This document shows, in pieces, positions 39,184 to 47,750 of a stretch of DNA of 58,142 nt. This stretch comes from a virus. Lineage: Duplodnaviria; Caudoviricetes. A program made the translations under genes and the position numbers. The notes beneath the pieces are model-generated. The model had not been told where the DNA came from and made no database searches. It saw only the letters and a program-made list of their open reading frames with translations. The stretch is taken from IMG/VR virus record IMGVR_UViG_3300013129_000001, positions 1 through 58,142 of that record. One strand, written 5' to 3'. Position 1 is the first letter of the stretch. Each line of letters begins with the position of its first letter.

Positions 39184-39690
39184 TTACACCTTTAGTTTCT
39201 CAAATTGCGGCTTAACCATAATGGGCTCGTCTGGAACCAAGGCCTCAATAATCATTTGATCGCCAACTATTTTTTCTGTAAACGGTTTGAAACCAAGTTC
39301 TTGATTTCTTTTCACAGTGCTAAGGTGAGCCACTTCTCCGGTAACTCGATGGGCTACCTTTTGTGCAGCGGCATGTCCATACTCTGCCCCGAACATTCCC
39401 CACACGCCGTTTTCTGGTGTTCCCGATTTCAGGTAAAATCCCCAATCGTTATCAGCAGAACGAGAAGGTGGGTAAAAGGCTCCGGGATGGCCGCTTCCTG
39501 GTATTACAAGATAGAAACCTTTGTTGGCCATTTTTTCTCCACCGGCTCCACTATATCTATGAAGCGACAGATTTCCTTCCGAATCAATCAAAAGGTATTT
39601 TTCCCAATCTGGCATAACATTAATAAGGGCTCTCTTGAGATAATCTAAGCTGCACTGCAACTCCAATTGACATTCAACCCATTTGCTCAT
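39184..39690 (-). CDS. DUF1257/Ycf35-like protein
   Basis: N-terminus MSKWVECQLEL..LDYLKRAL, internal DWGF and C-terminal ELGF match the layout of Ycf35/DUF1257. Confidence 0.55.
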   Translation of the reverse strand: MSKWVECQLELQCSLDYLKRALINVMPDWEKYLLIDSEGNLSLHRYSGAGGEKMANKGFYLVIPGSGHPGAFYPPSRSADNDWGFYLKSGTPENGVWGMFGAEYGHAAAQKVAHRVTGEVAHLSTVKRNQELGFKPFTEKIVGDQMIIEALVPDEPIMVKPQFEKLKV

Positions 39691-39728
39691 AATATTTCTC
39701 CTATTGTTCTTTACTGCTTACAGACTCA

Positions 39729-40805
39729 CTATTCTTTCTCCTTGCCAACTCCAAAATCCTTTATATTTTCTTCGCAAAATCTAGATATATATTGAGGTGG
39801 AAGAGCCACATTTAATCCATATCCTCCGGCACCACTTATAATAAGAGTAACCATTCCTATGACCTTGCCATTATCAATCTTGATGACCGGACCCCCTGAA
39901 TTACCCGGAAAAACCGATAAATCAACAAACATGTATTCGGGAGCACCTTCGTAAAAATATACCCTTCTGCCCATAGAGCCAACTGTTCCAGACGAAACAT
40001 TGTTCTCAAAACTATGCGGACTTCCAATTACTATTATATCCATACCCATGACAACTTCAAGATCTATTTCAAGAGGATCGGCATCAATATTACACTTCAA
40101 TAATGCAATATCTAATTTGGGATCTACGGCCTCAACAAAAGCCTCTGTCTTCTGCCCCCTGCTAACCAAACTAACCAACGGCGAACTAAAATACTCTTTA
40201 TCTATAGACAGGTTTTTGTTGTATTTTTTTAAGACATGAGCACAGGTAACGAAATAAGTTGGGGCGACACAAAAAGCCGATCCGGTTTCCCTAACGCCAT
40301 CGACAATATTAACTGAATCAACCATAAATGTTTTGCCAATAGAATCAGAAATAACTTTGATTCTATCCTGCTCTTGAGGATTCTGAACCACCTGAGCTAT
40401 TCGCTGTACATAGGAAAATGGCAAATTTTTTTCTCTGGTATATTGTCGGGCTAATTCAAATGATATGAATGTTTTGGTTCCTCCCGGCACTTTAACTTGC
40501 CATTTTTGAGGCGTCTTTACACAATTATCTAGCAAGTTCGCAAGTATATCAGAGTCTCTTTCTTGTCGTTTGTAATCATCTCCATTTTCTCTATAGTTTT
40601 TATCTACGTCTTCGCCGGGAGCCCAATCGCCCTGAGCATGAGGATTATAATCGCGTATATTGATATTGCCGTTCATAATGTCTTGAATGGTAGGAACATT
40701 ATTAAACGGCATCACTCCCCTCTGAGTGGATGGAGATATAGAGGGCAAACCGTCAGAACCACGGTTATCAAATGGCATTGTTGATCTATAAGAAACTATC
40801 TTCAT
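39729..40805 (-). CDS. Trypsin-like (S1) serine protease with N-terminal extension
   Basis: GSAF, triad motifs TCAHV, DIALL and PGNSGGP. The start is probably ATG 40805 (MKIVSY); TTG 40832 is an alternative. Confidence 0.9.
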   Translation of the reverse strand: MKIVSYRSTMPFDNRGSDGLPSISPSTQRGVMPFNNVPTIQDIMNGNINIRDYNPHAQGDWAPGEDVDKNYRENGDDYKRQERDSDILANLLDNCVKTPQKWQVKVPGGTKTFISFELARQYTREKNLPFSYVQRIAQVVQNPQEQDRIKVISDSIGKTFMVDSVNIVDGVRETGSAFCVAPTYFVTCAHVLKKYNKNLSIDKEYFSSPLVSLVSRGQKTEAFVEAVDPKLDIALLKCNIDADPLEIDLEVVMGMDIIVIGSPHSFENNVSSGTVGSMGRRVYFYEGAPEYMFVDLSVFPGNSGGPVIKIDNGKVIGMVTLIISGAGGYGLNVALPPQYISRFCEENIKDFGVGKEKE

Positions 40806-40847
40806 TTCCAAATACGATTTAGGGTTATCCAAACAACATTACTATAT

Positions 40848-40872
40848 TTCCCTAATTCGTGCCGAAAATCCT
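40848..40872 (-). promoter_or_regulatory. AGG-N19-GAA promoter
   Basis: Minus strand AGGATTT...GAAATA. Confidence 0.7.
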
Positions 40873-40881
40873 TGTACCTTA

Positions 40882-41712
40882 TCAGATCTTAATAAAGGCA
40901 TCGCTAACATCGTCGTCGTCGTCATTGTCTTTTTCTGTGTTAACGAAAGCGTCCTTTGTTTTATCTTGTGCCTTCTCTTCTGACTTCTCTTTTCTATCAA
41001 TAAACGGGTCAACATCACGAACAGCAGCTGCCTCGGGGAGAATACTGTTGACTAATCCGACCTTTTCTGTCCCCGCCTGAGTAGAGATAACGGCTTTGCG
41101 ACCCATTTGTTCAGAGGCATCTAGTTTTGATTCATCAATCTTTGTATCTGGCAGAATAATATCCTCTTTTTCTTCTCTTTCGAGTTTCTCCATGGCCTCA
41201 AGAGACGCCTGAGTTCTTTCTGATTCGGGCAGTTCATCAATGGCACTACGAGTCATATGCCCCTCTTTTGCGCCATTAAGAGTTCCGATAACCACTCTCG
41301 ATCTCATCTGTTGCGTTCTAGACTCTGCCGCGGAAACCCTACAATGTTCTTCTTTGGCTAATGCGTCTTTTACCACAGGACCTTTAGGCTTGTTTTTGGA
41401 TCCTTTTGGACGACCACCCTTATTCTTCTTGACTTCAGCAGTCTTTGTTTCTGCATCTTGTGTCGCAGAAGGGTTGGCTGTATTTTCTTTGGCAGTTAGA
41501 GAGGACAAAGTATCTAGAAAAGATGGCCTATCGTCTGAGGATTCCACCTTAATAATATCCAGTAATCCTGCCTTGACCAGCCCGGTTAGTTCATTCATGT
41601 GGTCATCATTGGCAATATTCAAAATCGCAGTAACTTTTCCGCGTATAGGAACGCCAATTTTATTCAGATTAATGACGACATCTGTTTTACCAACAACAGT
41701 TACCTTTTTCAT
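40882..41712 (-). CDS. Hypothetical protein with an AT-hook-like motif
   Basis: Start re-called to ATG 41712 (GGAGG RBS). Contains KGGRPKGSKNK and an acidic tail. Confidence 0.7.
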   Translation of the reverse strand: MKKVTVVGKTDVVINLNKIGVPIRGKVTAILNIANDDHMNELTGLVKAGLLDIIKVESSDDRPSFLDTLSSLTAKENTANPSATQDAETKTAEVKKNKGGRPKGSKNKPKGPVVKDALAKEEHCRVSAAESRTQQMRSRVVIGTLNGAKEGHMTRSAIDELPESERTQASLEAMEKLEREEKEDIILPDTKIDESKLDASEQMGRKAVISTQAGTEKVGLVNSILPEAAAVRDVDPFIDRKEKSEEKAQDKTKDAFVNTEKDNDDDDDVSDAFIKI

Positions 41713-41974
41713 ACGCCCTCCTAGATTATAACATAATGGCTTCAATATTATACAAAAAAGTGAAACATTCAAAACATCTATTATTTTACAGAATCCAGAG
41801 TAACACCCTGAGAATCAAGGTATTTTTTGACCCTGCTTACAAACTGATAGTGTTCGGAGGGGGTAAAATGAGCGATCTGAAGAATGTCTTGAAACTCTTT
41901 ATTGGCAGATGCTAAATCGTCACCAGTAAATTTGTCAACAAAGGAGTTAAAAGCCTTGTTTACTTTTTGTTTAT

Positions 41975-43621
41975 CTAGTTTTTTTTTGAGACCGCTTCTA
42001 CAACGATATCAAAATCAGAGGATGCGACTGGATTTATTTTATCCTCTGACTTCGGCATTTCGAGAGATAATGCATCGGCTGGAATGGCAGTCTCTATCTG
42101 TGATGGTGCGTTGGATTGAGTAACTACATCGACGGGTATATCTTCATCTTCGTACACCTCAGGAGGCTTATCCTCGGCAAATTCGCCACGACCCTCAATA
42201 TAGTCCTCTTGCATTTTTGCCAGTTCCTCATCCGTCATCTGTATCTCGTCTGGGTCTGGAGGCATTTTTTCTGCTTCTTCAAGTTCTCTTTCTGTTTCGT
42301 CTAAAATTTCTTCGGCAGACATAAACCTCTCTCTTTGGATCTCGGCGTTCTGTTCAGGAGTAAGATATTCATTGTATTCGATATTGGGCATACCCTCTGA
42401 TGCTAGTTCTGGCATAGGAGTTCCAACCATAAAACTGACTTCTCCCCTAGATATATCAGTAAGGTCAAGAGATTCGGGTTCAATAAAAATACCCGGATGA
42501 TTCTTTTTAACGAAGGCAATGATACTTTCTACAATCTGAGGTTTGTTTTCTTCCGTAACCGTAGTGTTAATCCCGATTCTCCCAATAGACATGGGTGTTC
42601 CGGCTACATCTTTATCTTCAAAACTAATTTCCTCTAAAACAGGATCCTCTTCTATATCTGGAACATCTGCCATAGGAGCAGCGTGAGATTTTGGAGCCTC
42701 TTGTCCAGATTTTTCAGCAATATCAGCAAACTGTTCACCTGCCACGCGAAGCTTTATCTCTCCTCTTCCACCCTCTTCGTTCACACCGCTAAAGTCTTCT
42801 GGAGAAATAAGACGGGCGAGCTCTGGTTTTACATCTACAACTTTTTTGTAAGCAGCCTCTTTGATTTTATCTTCGTCGCCTCTGACTTCGGGGGGCAAAT
42901 CGTCAACGTCATAGGAAAGAACCATATAAACACCACTTAGGTAGGGTTTATTGGGGTTGGGTAGAAAACGAGACTTTGTTACCGTCATTGCGAAGCTTGG
43001 ATCGCCGGAAGGAGCAGTCTCTTCTACAACTTCAAAATCTTCTGGAGTCTTAGGAAGATTTTTGGGAATACCAGTATCAGTAACGCCCTCGTCTTCCTCT
43101 TCTTCGGCCTCTCCCCATCGAGGCTTATCAAACTTCATTTCGTCAACTTTGTCTTCGGGATCGTCAAAATCCTCATCGCCCTTGGCCGCTAGTGTCGTTT
43201 TTTTTTCTGTGGACGCTAATTTCAAACCATCAGGACTTTTAACGCCTTCCCACCATCGGAGCTGCTTGCCAACCTGAGATGCCGCTTCGTATTTTTCTTT
43301 TTCGGCAGGATCACCACTTAGCCTCTGCTCTTCAAGTTTATTCATGTCGCCTTCATGAGCAGCGGGGTTGCGATACTTATTGGCAAATTTAGGCTTATGA
43401 GTATCAAGTCGCTTTTCTGTTACTTCGGTTTCCTCTCCAGTGCGGTTATTCTCCAATAGTTTTTCGATGGTAACATCAGCTTCAGTAGCCCTATAAGACT
43501 CTAGTTGTTTTTCATTGATAACATCGGGAATGTTTCCCCTAGATTCATTCAATCTCATGTCAATATGCTGACTACCATCAATTTTCTGGTAGGTCTTTAA
43601 ATTGAATTTCTTTTCGCTCAT
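41975..43621 (-). CDS. Highly acidic protein with scaffold-like ExQL repeats
   Basis: 548 aa with an AAGGAG RBS. N-terminal INEKQL/TIEKLL/VTEKRL repeats; very rich in Asp and Glu. Confidence 0.75.
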   Translation of the reverse strand: MSEKKFNLKTYQKIDGSQHIDMRLNESRGNIPDVINEKQLESYRATEADVTIEKLLENNRTGEETEVTEKRLDTHKPKFANKYRNPAAHEGDMNKLEEQRLSGDPAEKEKYEAASQVGKQLRWWEGVKSPDGLKLASTEKKTTLAAKGDEDFDDPEDKVDEMKFDKPRWGEAEEEEDEGVTDTGIPKNLPKTPEDFEVVEETAPSGDPSFAMTVTKSRFLPNPNKPYLSGVYMVLSYDVDDLPPEVRGDEDKIKEAAYKKVVDVKPELARLISPEDFSGVNEEGGRGEIKLRVAGEQFADIAEKSGQEAPKSHAAPMADVPDIEEDPVLEEISFEDKDVAGTPMSIGRIGINTTVTEENKPQIVESIIAFVKKNHPGIFIEPESLDLTDISRGEVSFMVGTPMPELASEGMPNIEYNEYLTPEQNAEIQRERFMSAEEILDETERELEEAEKMPPDPDEIQMTDEELAKMQEDYIEGRGEFAEDKPPEVYEDEDIPVDVVTQSNAPSQIETAIPADALSLEMPKSEDKINPVASSDFDIVVEAVSKKN

Positions 43622-43653
43622 AATAATCTCCTTGTAACTACTGTCTTATATCT

Positions 43654-43678
43654 TTCTAAGATAAGGCTGTTTTTCCCT
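43654..43678 (-). promoter_or_regulatory. AGG-N19-GAA promoter
   Basis: Minus strand AGGGAAA...GAAAGA. Confidence 0.55.
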
Positions 43679-43692
43679 TTATCTTTTTATAC

Positions 43693-45447
43693 TTATCTCC
43701 ACCCCGTTTTAACCAGTACGGGCAAGGGAAGTGCCATATGGACGCTTTCCGAAGCCATTGCAGATGCTCCCGCAAGACAATCTACTAAATCGTCTGTTTT
43801 TACTTCGCCATGTTTATCCGTAACCAAACTTATTCCTCTCATAGTTGGACGATATTTCAAAGCCTTCATTTCCAGAATAAGCCTAGAGTCATCATATAGC
43901 CATAATTCTGGTTGTGGATAGTACGACATCATATCCTTAAGGTTTTGGTAAATCTTGTTTTTGAAAGGTCTATTGTAGGCAGTCTGGATTGTATTGACTC
44001 CGTGACTTCTTAACAACTGAAGACTATGAATGGAATTCCATTGATCGTAAGAAACCGACATAGGATGGAACGTTGCACAAATCTGGATCATTTGCCTGTC
44101 TATTTCGTTGAACAATAATCCGATTCCGGGTTCTGGCTCCCAAATCCACAAATTAGCTAGGCGAACTCTAATTCTTTGCTTTCCAAGATGGTTTGTGTAG
44201 TATTCTTTGGCTACTAAAACGGCTACATATTTGTTTCCATTATTAGCTGGGTCAACATGAAGATAATAGTTAAACCTTGGCTGAGGACGAGAATGTAACG
44301 ACAAATCAGATCGTATACATCTGTCAACAAGTCCGGCTTCAAAATAATTACCGTAGGTTCCTGATTTCGCCCATTGAGCACCATATTCAATAGCGAATCC
44401 ATCTGGATTTCTTTTTCTCTCTTCCTCCAGAGATTCGTAGGGGATATCCTTATTAACACACCATGTCGGCAGTTGAAAAGACAAAATATGATTCGCCGTC
44501 TTTGCGTTTCTATACAAATCATAGAAAATACCGGCCATGGTACTCGGAGTTGATATCTCTACTAATCTGGCATCACCGAATTTCTTGAATTTTTTAATAG
44601 AGGGTTCTAGGGCGGTATAAAAGGCTGAACCCGGAGTTTTTCCCGTTTCATCATAGAACGCCAATTCGTCAAAGAGAATAAGTACAGCACCTTTGCCACG
44701 GAGAGTATCGGGATTACTATGCCCACAGAGAACGACAACAGATCCCTTTGATTCGAGGGGTGACTTTCCCGATTTCTTAGCCTTTAGATCTTCGTCCGTA
44801 TAAAGTCGTATCTCTGTCGTAGTGGCGTTAGAAATTCGATTACGGAAGAAGGGTCCGTCCATAATACGTTGCCGAATCATACTGAATAAAGTGCCAGCCT
44901 GATCCTGCGATAGAGCCACGTTAATAATATGGATATCTTCTCCCTTGGGTATGCCATAAAACTTATGGGGATCTCCGTTGCCAATGGTCAGAAGCTTATA
45001 GGCTTCGTATGCGGAAATGATAGAGGCTAATATCGTTTTCGTGCCTCTTCGACCTACGCAGAGATGTAGTTCAGAAAAGTTAAATCCCTCTTTTTCTTTT
45101 TTGAGCAACTTGGCTATGACCTGATCAATGTTTTTTTCATAGGTAATTCCATCCCTAACCTCATCTTTGTTATTGTCATAAAGCCATTGCCACTCTTCGG
45201 GGGTTAGCTTAAGATTTTCATTTCCCCTTGTTCCCATATAGAAGGACTTCAGAATAACCCTCTGGGGCAACCATAGATCTAGATTGGACGCCGGAGTATT
45301 AAGTAAATCAGATCGATTGCAAAAGGTAATAATGTCAACAATATCATTTTTACTACCAGACTTATCCTGTATAGCATCGCCACTATTAATTTCCCGAATA
45401 GCATCCAATAAAGGATTCTTCTTAATATCATCTATTTTCTTTTTCAT
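43693..45447 (-). CDS. terL: Terminase large subunit
   Basis: Walker A VGRRGTKT, NVALSQDQA, LRG, Walker B ILFDELAF and ISTP. RNase H-like nuclease motifs HVDPA, YDQWNS and DDLVDCLAG. Confidence 0.9.
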   Translation of the reverse strand: MKKKIDDIKKNPLLDAIREINSGDAIQDKSGSKNDIVDIITFCNRSDLLNTPASNLDLWLPQRVILKSFYMGTRGNENLKLTPEEWQWLYDNNKDEVRDGITYEKNIDQVIAKLLKKEKEGFNFSELHLCVGRRGTKTILASIISAYEAYKLLTIGNGDPHKFYGIPKGEDIHIINVALSQDQAGTLFSMIRQRIMDGPFFRNRISNATTTEIRLYTDEDLKAKKSGKSPLESKGSVVVLCGHSNPDTLRGKGAVLILFDELAFYDETGKTPGSAFYTALEPSIKKFKKFGDARLVEISTPSTMAGIFYDLYRNAKTANHILSFQLPTWCVNKDIPYESLEEERKRNPDGFAIEYGAQWAKSGTYGNYFEAGLVDRCIRSDLSLHSRPQPRFNYYLHVDPANNGNKYVAVLVAKEYYTNHLGKQRIRVRLANLWIWEPEPGIGLLFNEIDRQMIQICATFHPMSVSYDQWNSIHSLQLLRSHGVNTIQTAYNRPFKNKIYQNLKDMMSYYPQPELWLYDDSRLILEMKALKYRPTMRGISLVTDKHGEVKTDDLVDCLAGASAMASESVHMALPLPVLVKTGWR

Positions 45448-46322
45448 GTTCGTTCCAGAATTAACAAATCTCTTTTAGAATTCACATCAATAGCGTCTAT
45501 ATTGGATGAGGAATAGATAACGCCATTACTCTTATCGTTTAGTGCGATGTAATGTATCTGATTGTCGTTCTTGATATATATAATTCGGTTGCTGTATTTA
45601 ATCTGAGAGGGAGAAGATAAATCCGACTTCAAAGGATGCCCTAAGACAATTTTAACGGAACGTCCAATAATTTCTCTTAGACAGTGATTACCGCAATCTG
45701 CAATATACAAAGACTTATTAATACACTTAACTCCTCTGGGATGAGATAAGGAATAAGACGAAAGATTATTCGATGTCCCAAAATTCGATCTTCCGTTTCC
45801 TACATAATTGGAAATGGTTGAAAATTCAGAATCCATTCTAAAACACCTATGTAAATCTCTGACTGACCAATATAAATTACCATATTCGTCTGCATCACAA
45901 TGTGTTTCTGATAAATTCCTGTTAGAACATTTGGAGAAATAGGAATTTAAATTATAATTTTCAGATTCCCCCAAAACAGGATCTACATAATGACGCCCCA
46001 AATCTAGGCGACGAATTCGACTACCACCCTTTTCAAGTAAATAGCAAAACTTCATATTCCTCATGTAGCAAACAGAAGATGGATACTCAAATGTCGGAAC
46101 ACTTGTATTATTATTCCCTGCAACCCCAACAACACCCATCCATGGCATATAGAACTTATTAGAACCGTCTATATATCCAATACAATGACTGTCACGGAAA
46201 AGAAATAGGAAGCCAAAACCTTCAACATATAAAAAATGCGTAATGATTAGATCGGTATCAATGTCAAAAAGTTTTTCGACTTTACTGGTGCCAAAAGGAA
46301 GTTTACACATCCTATACGACAT
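45444..46322 (-). CDS. NHL-repeat beta-propeller protein
   Basis: FEYPSSV, LSHPRGV, LYIADCGNHCLR and LSSPSQI. Confidence 0.7.
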   Translation of the reverse strand: MSYRMCKLPFGTSKVEKLFDIDTDLIITHFLYVEGFGFLFLFRDSHCIGYIDGSNKFYMPWMGVVGVAGNNNTSVPTFEYPSSVCYMRNMKFCYLLEKGGSRIRRLDLGRHYVDPVLGESENYNLNSYFSKCSNRNLSETHCDADEYGNLYWSVRDLHRCFRMDSEFSTISNYVGNGRSNFGTSNNLSSYSLSHPRGVKCINKSLYIADCGNHCLREIIGRSVKIVLGHPLKSDLSSPSQIKYSNRIIYIKNDNQIHYIALNDKSNGVIYSSSNIDAIDVNSKRDLLILERT

Positions 46323-46328
46323 TGAATA

Positions 46329-47666
46329 CTAATCTCCAAGTGGTACTATTTCAATTTGTTTTTCTGTCAACCGGGTAACACCAAGTCCCCTTCCAAAATC
46401 AACATCAATTTCTATTATGTCGGTAAGAGGAATAACCTGTATAACCGATCCTGTTCTACCATAAATTGATTTCAGATTCGCATCGGTGCAACGAACAATA
46501 GCGTTAATATAATCCTGTTCGACGTATTTGGACGGCATCTTGGATTGGGCAACTTTAATGTTTTCAGATGGTTCAAAAATCCATATTGGTTTTTCGCCCC
46601 TGATAGAAATATCTATATTTTCTGTTTTTTGTCTGAGGCAATTCCATCCTTCTAGAGTTATAGTCTTCTCGCTAGAATCTGCATCGGGCAGCATTCCTTC
46701 TTTGGCCAAAACTAGAACTGGTGGATTTCCAATGCAAAAATGGCCAATACCTTCTACAATAGGCTTCCAATATCGCTGGTAAAAAATAACCGAGTGAAAT
46801 GGACATATATCGTGTAATTTACCAACCGGCATAATACTATCAACGCTTAAATATTCATTGATTTTGATTTTCAGAATTGGCTCATTATCAAAATCAAGTA
46901 TAGTAATAACATCGCTTTCTGGTTCCTTAATGGTATAGTAAACATCACCATGCTTATCTTCAATTGCCCGACAAATCCTCTGGGCATATTCATCAACCAA
47001 CTCGTGTTTTACTTCTGGATGCGTTACGTCTATTTTTGCCATTTCCGAATCCAAACAAGAAGCAGTAACGCCTAGAGGGGGCGAGATTGGCATTCCAGCC
47101 GGAGGTGCAGCGGGGGGCGATTGTTCTTCAGATGGTTGAAGACTAGCCTCTTCCATTTCTAATTGTTCCTCTGACTCCGATAAATCTTTGTCCTTTTCTT
47201 TGGGGAAATATTTATTGATGAGTTTTTCGTATCTGCTAACCATGCGTTTAAGATGCCCTTTATCCTTGGGATCTGTTATCTGGTCAATAATGGTGTTGAT
47301 TTCAGTAACAACCATTTTTATTTCTTGATAGACATTCTTCTTTATTTCTTCATCTTCATCAACTGAACTTTTAGACTTTTCTCTTAGGTTTTTCCATATC
47401 TTCAAATAATGGTCTGTGAGCATTTCTTCCGCTGATACATCAACAATAACGGGGCTTTCCATATCTTCTCTGGCAACCAAAAGATGATAGGGTCGTTTTA
47501 GGGCTAGTTTCCATGCGTCACGGCAAGCTTCCCACGCATATTTGTAACTAGATTTTACTGACGGCGTAAGAAAGTAATGGAAAGGAGAGGAATAAACAAT
47601 ATGGTTTGAATCGGTCTTAATATCAAAACCGTATCGTCCGCCAAATCTTGTAAGCACTATTTTCAT
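46329..47666 (-). CDS. Hypothetical multidomain protein
   Basis: Likely start is ATG 47666 (MKIVLTR). A C-terminal SH3/KOW-like segment follows IKVAQ. Confidence 0.7.
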   Translation of the reverse strand: MKIVLTRFGGRYGFDIKTDSNHIVYSSPFHYFLTPSVKSSYKYAWEACRDAWKLALKRPYHLLVAREDMESPVIVDVSAEEMLTDHYLKIWKNLREKSKSSVDEDEEIKKNVYQEIKMVVTEINTIIDQITDPKDKGHLKRMVSRYEKLINKYFPKEKDKDLSESEEQLEMEEASLQPSEEQSPPAAPPAGMPISPPLGVTASCLDSEMAKIDVTHPEVKHELVDEYAQRICRAIEDKHGDVYYTIKEPESDVITILDFDNEPILKIKINEYLSVDSIMPVGKLHDICPFHSVIFYQRYWKPIVEGIGHFCIGNPPVLVLAKEGMLPDADSSEKTITLEGWNCLRQKTENIDISIRGEKPIWIFEPSENIKVAQSKMPSKYVEQDYINAIVRCTDANLKSIYGRTGSVIQVIPLTDIIEIDVDFGRGLGVTRLTEKQIEIVPLGD

Positions 47667-47678
47667 AATCACATTATA

Positions 47679-47726
47679 CAAAAAGCCCGCCTCTTACATA
47701 TTTCGTAAAAGACGGGCTTAAAACCT
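47679..47726 (-). terminator. Terminator hairpin after nrdJ, overlapping an AGG-N19-GAA motif (47702-47726)
   Basis: Stem AAGCCCG/CGGGCTT with a T tract on the minus strand. AGGTTTT...GAAATA is embedded in it. Confidence 0.6.
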
Positions 47727-47750
47727 TTAGATAGTATCTATTTTATTGCT

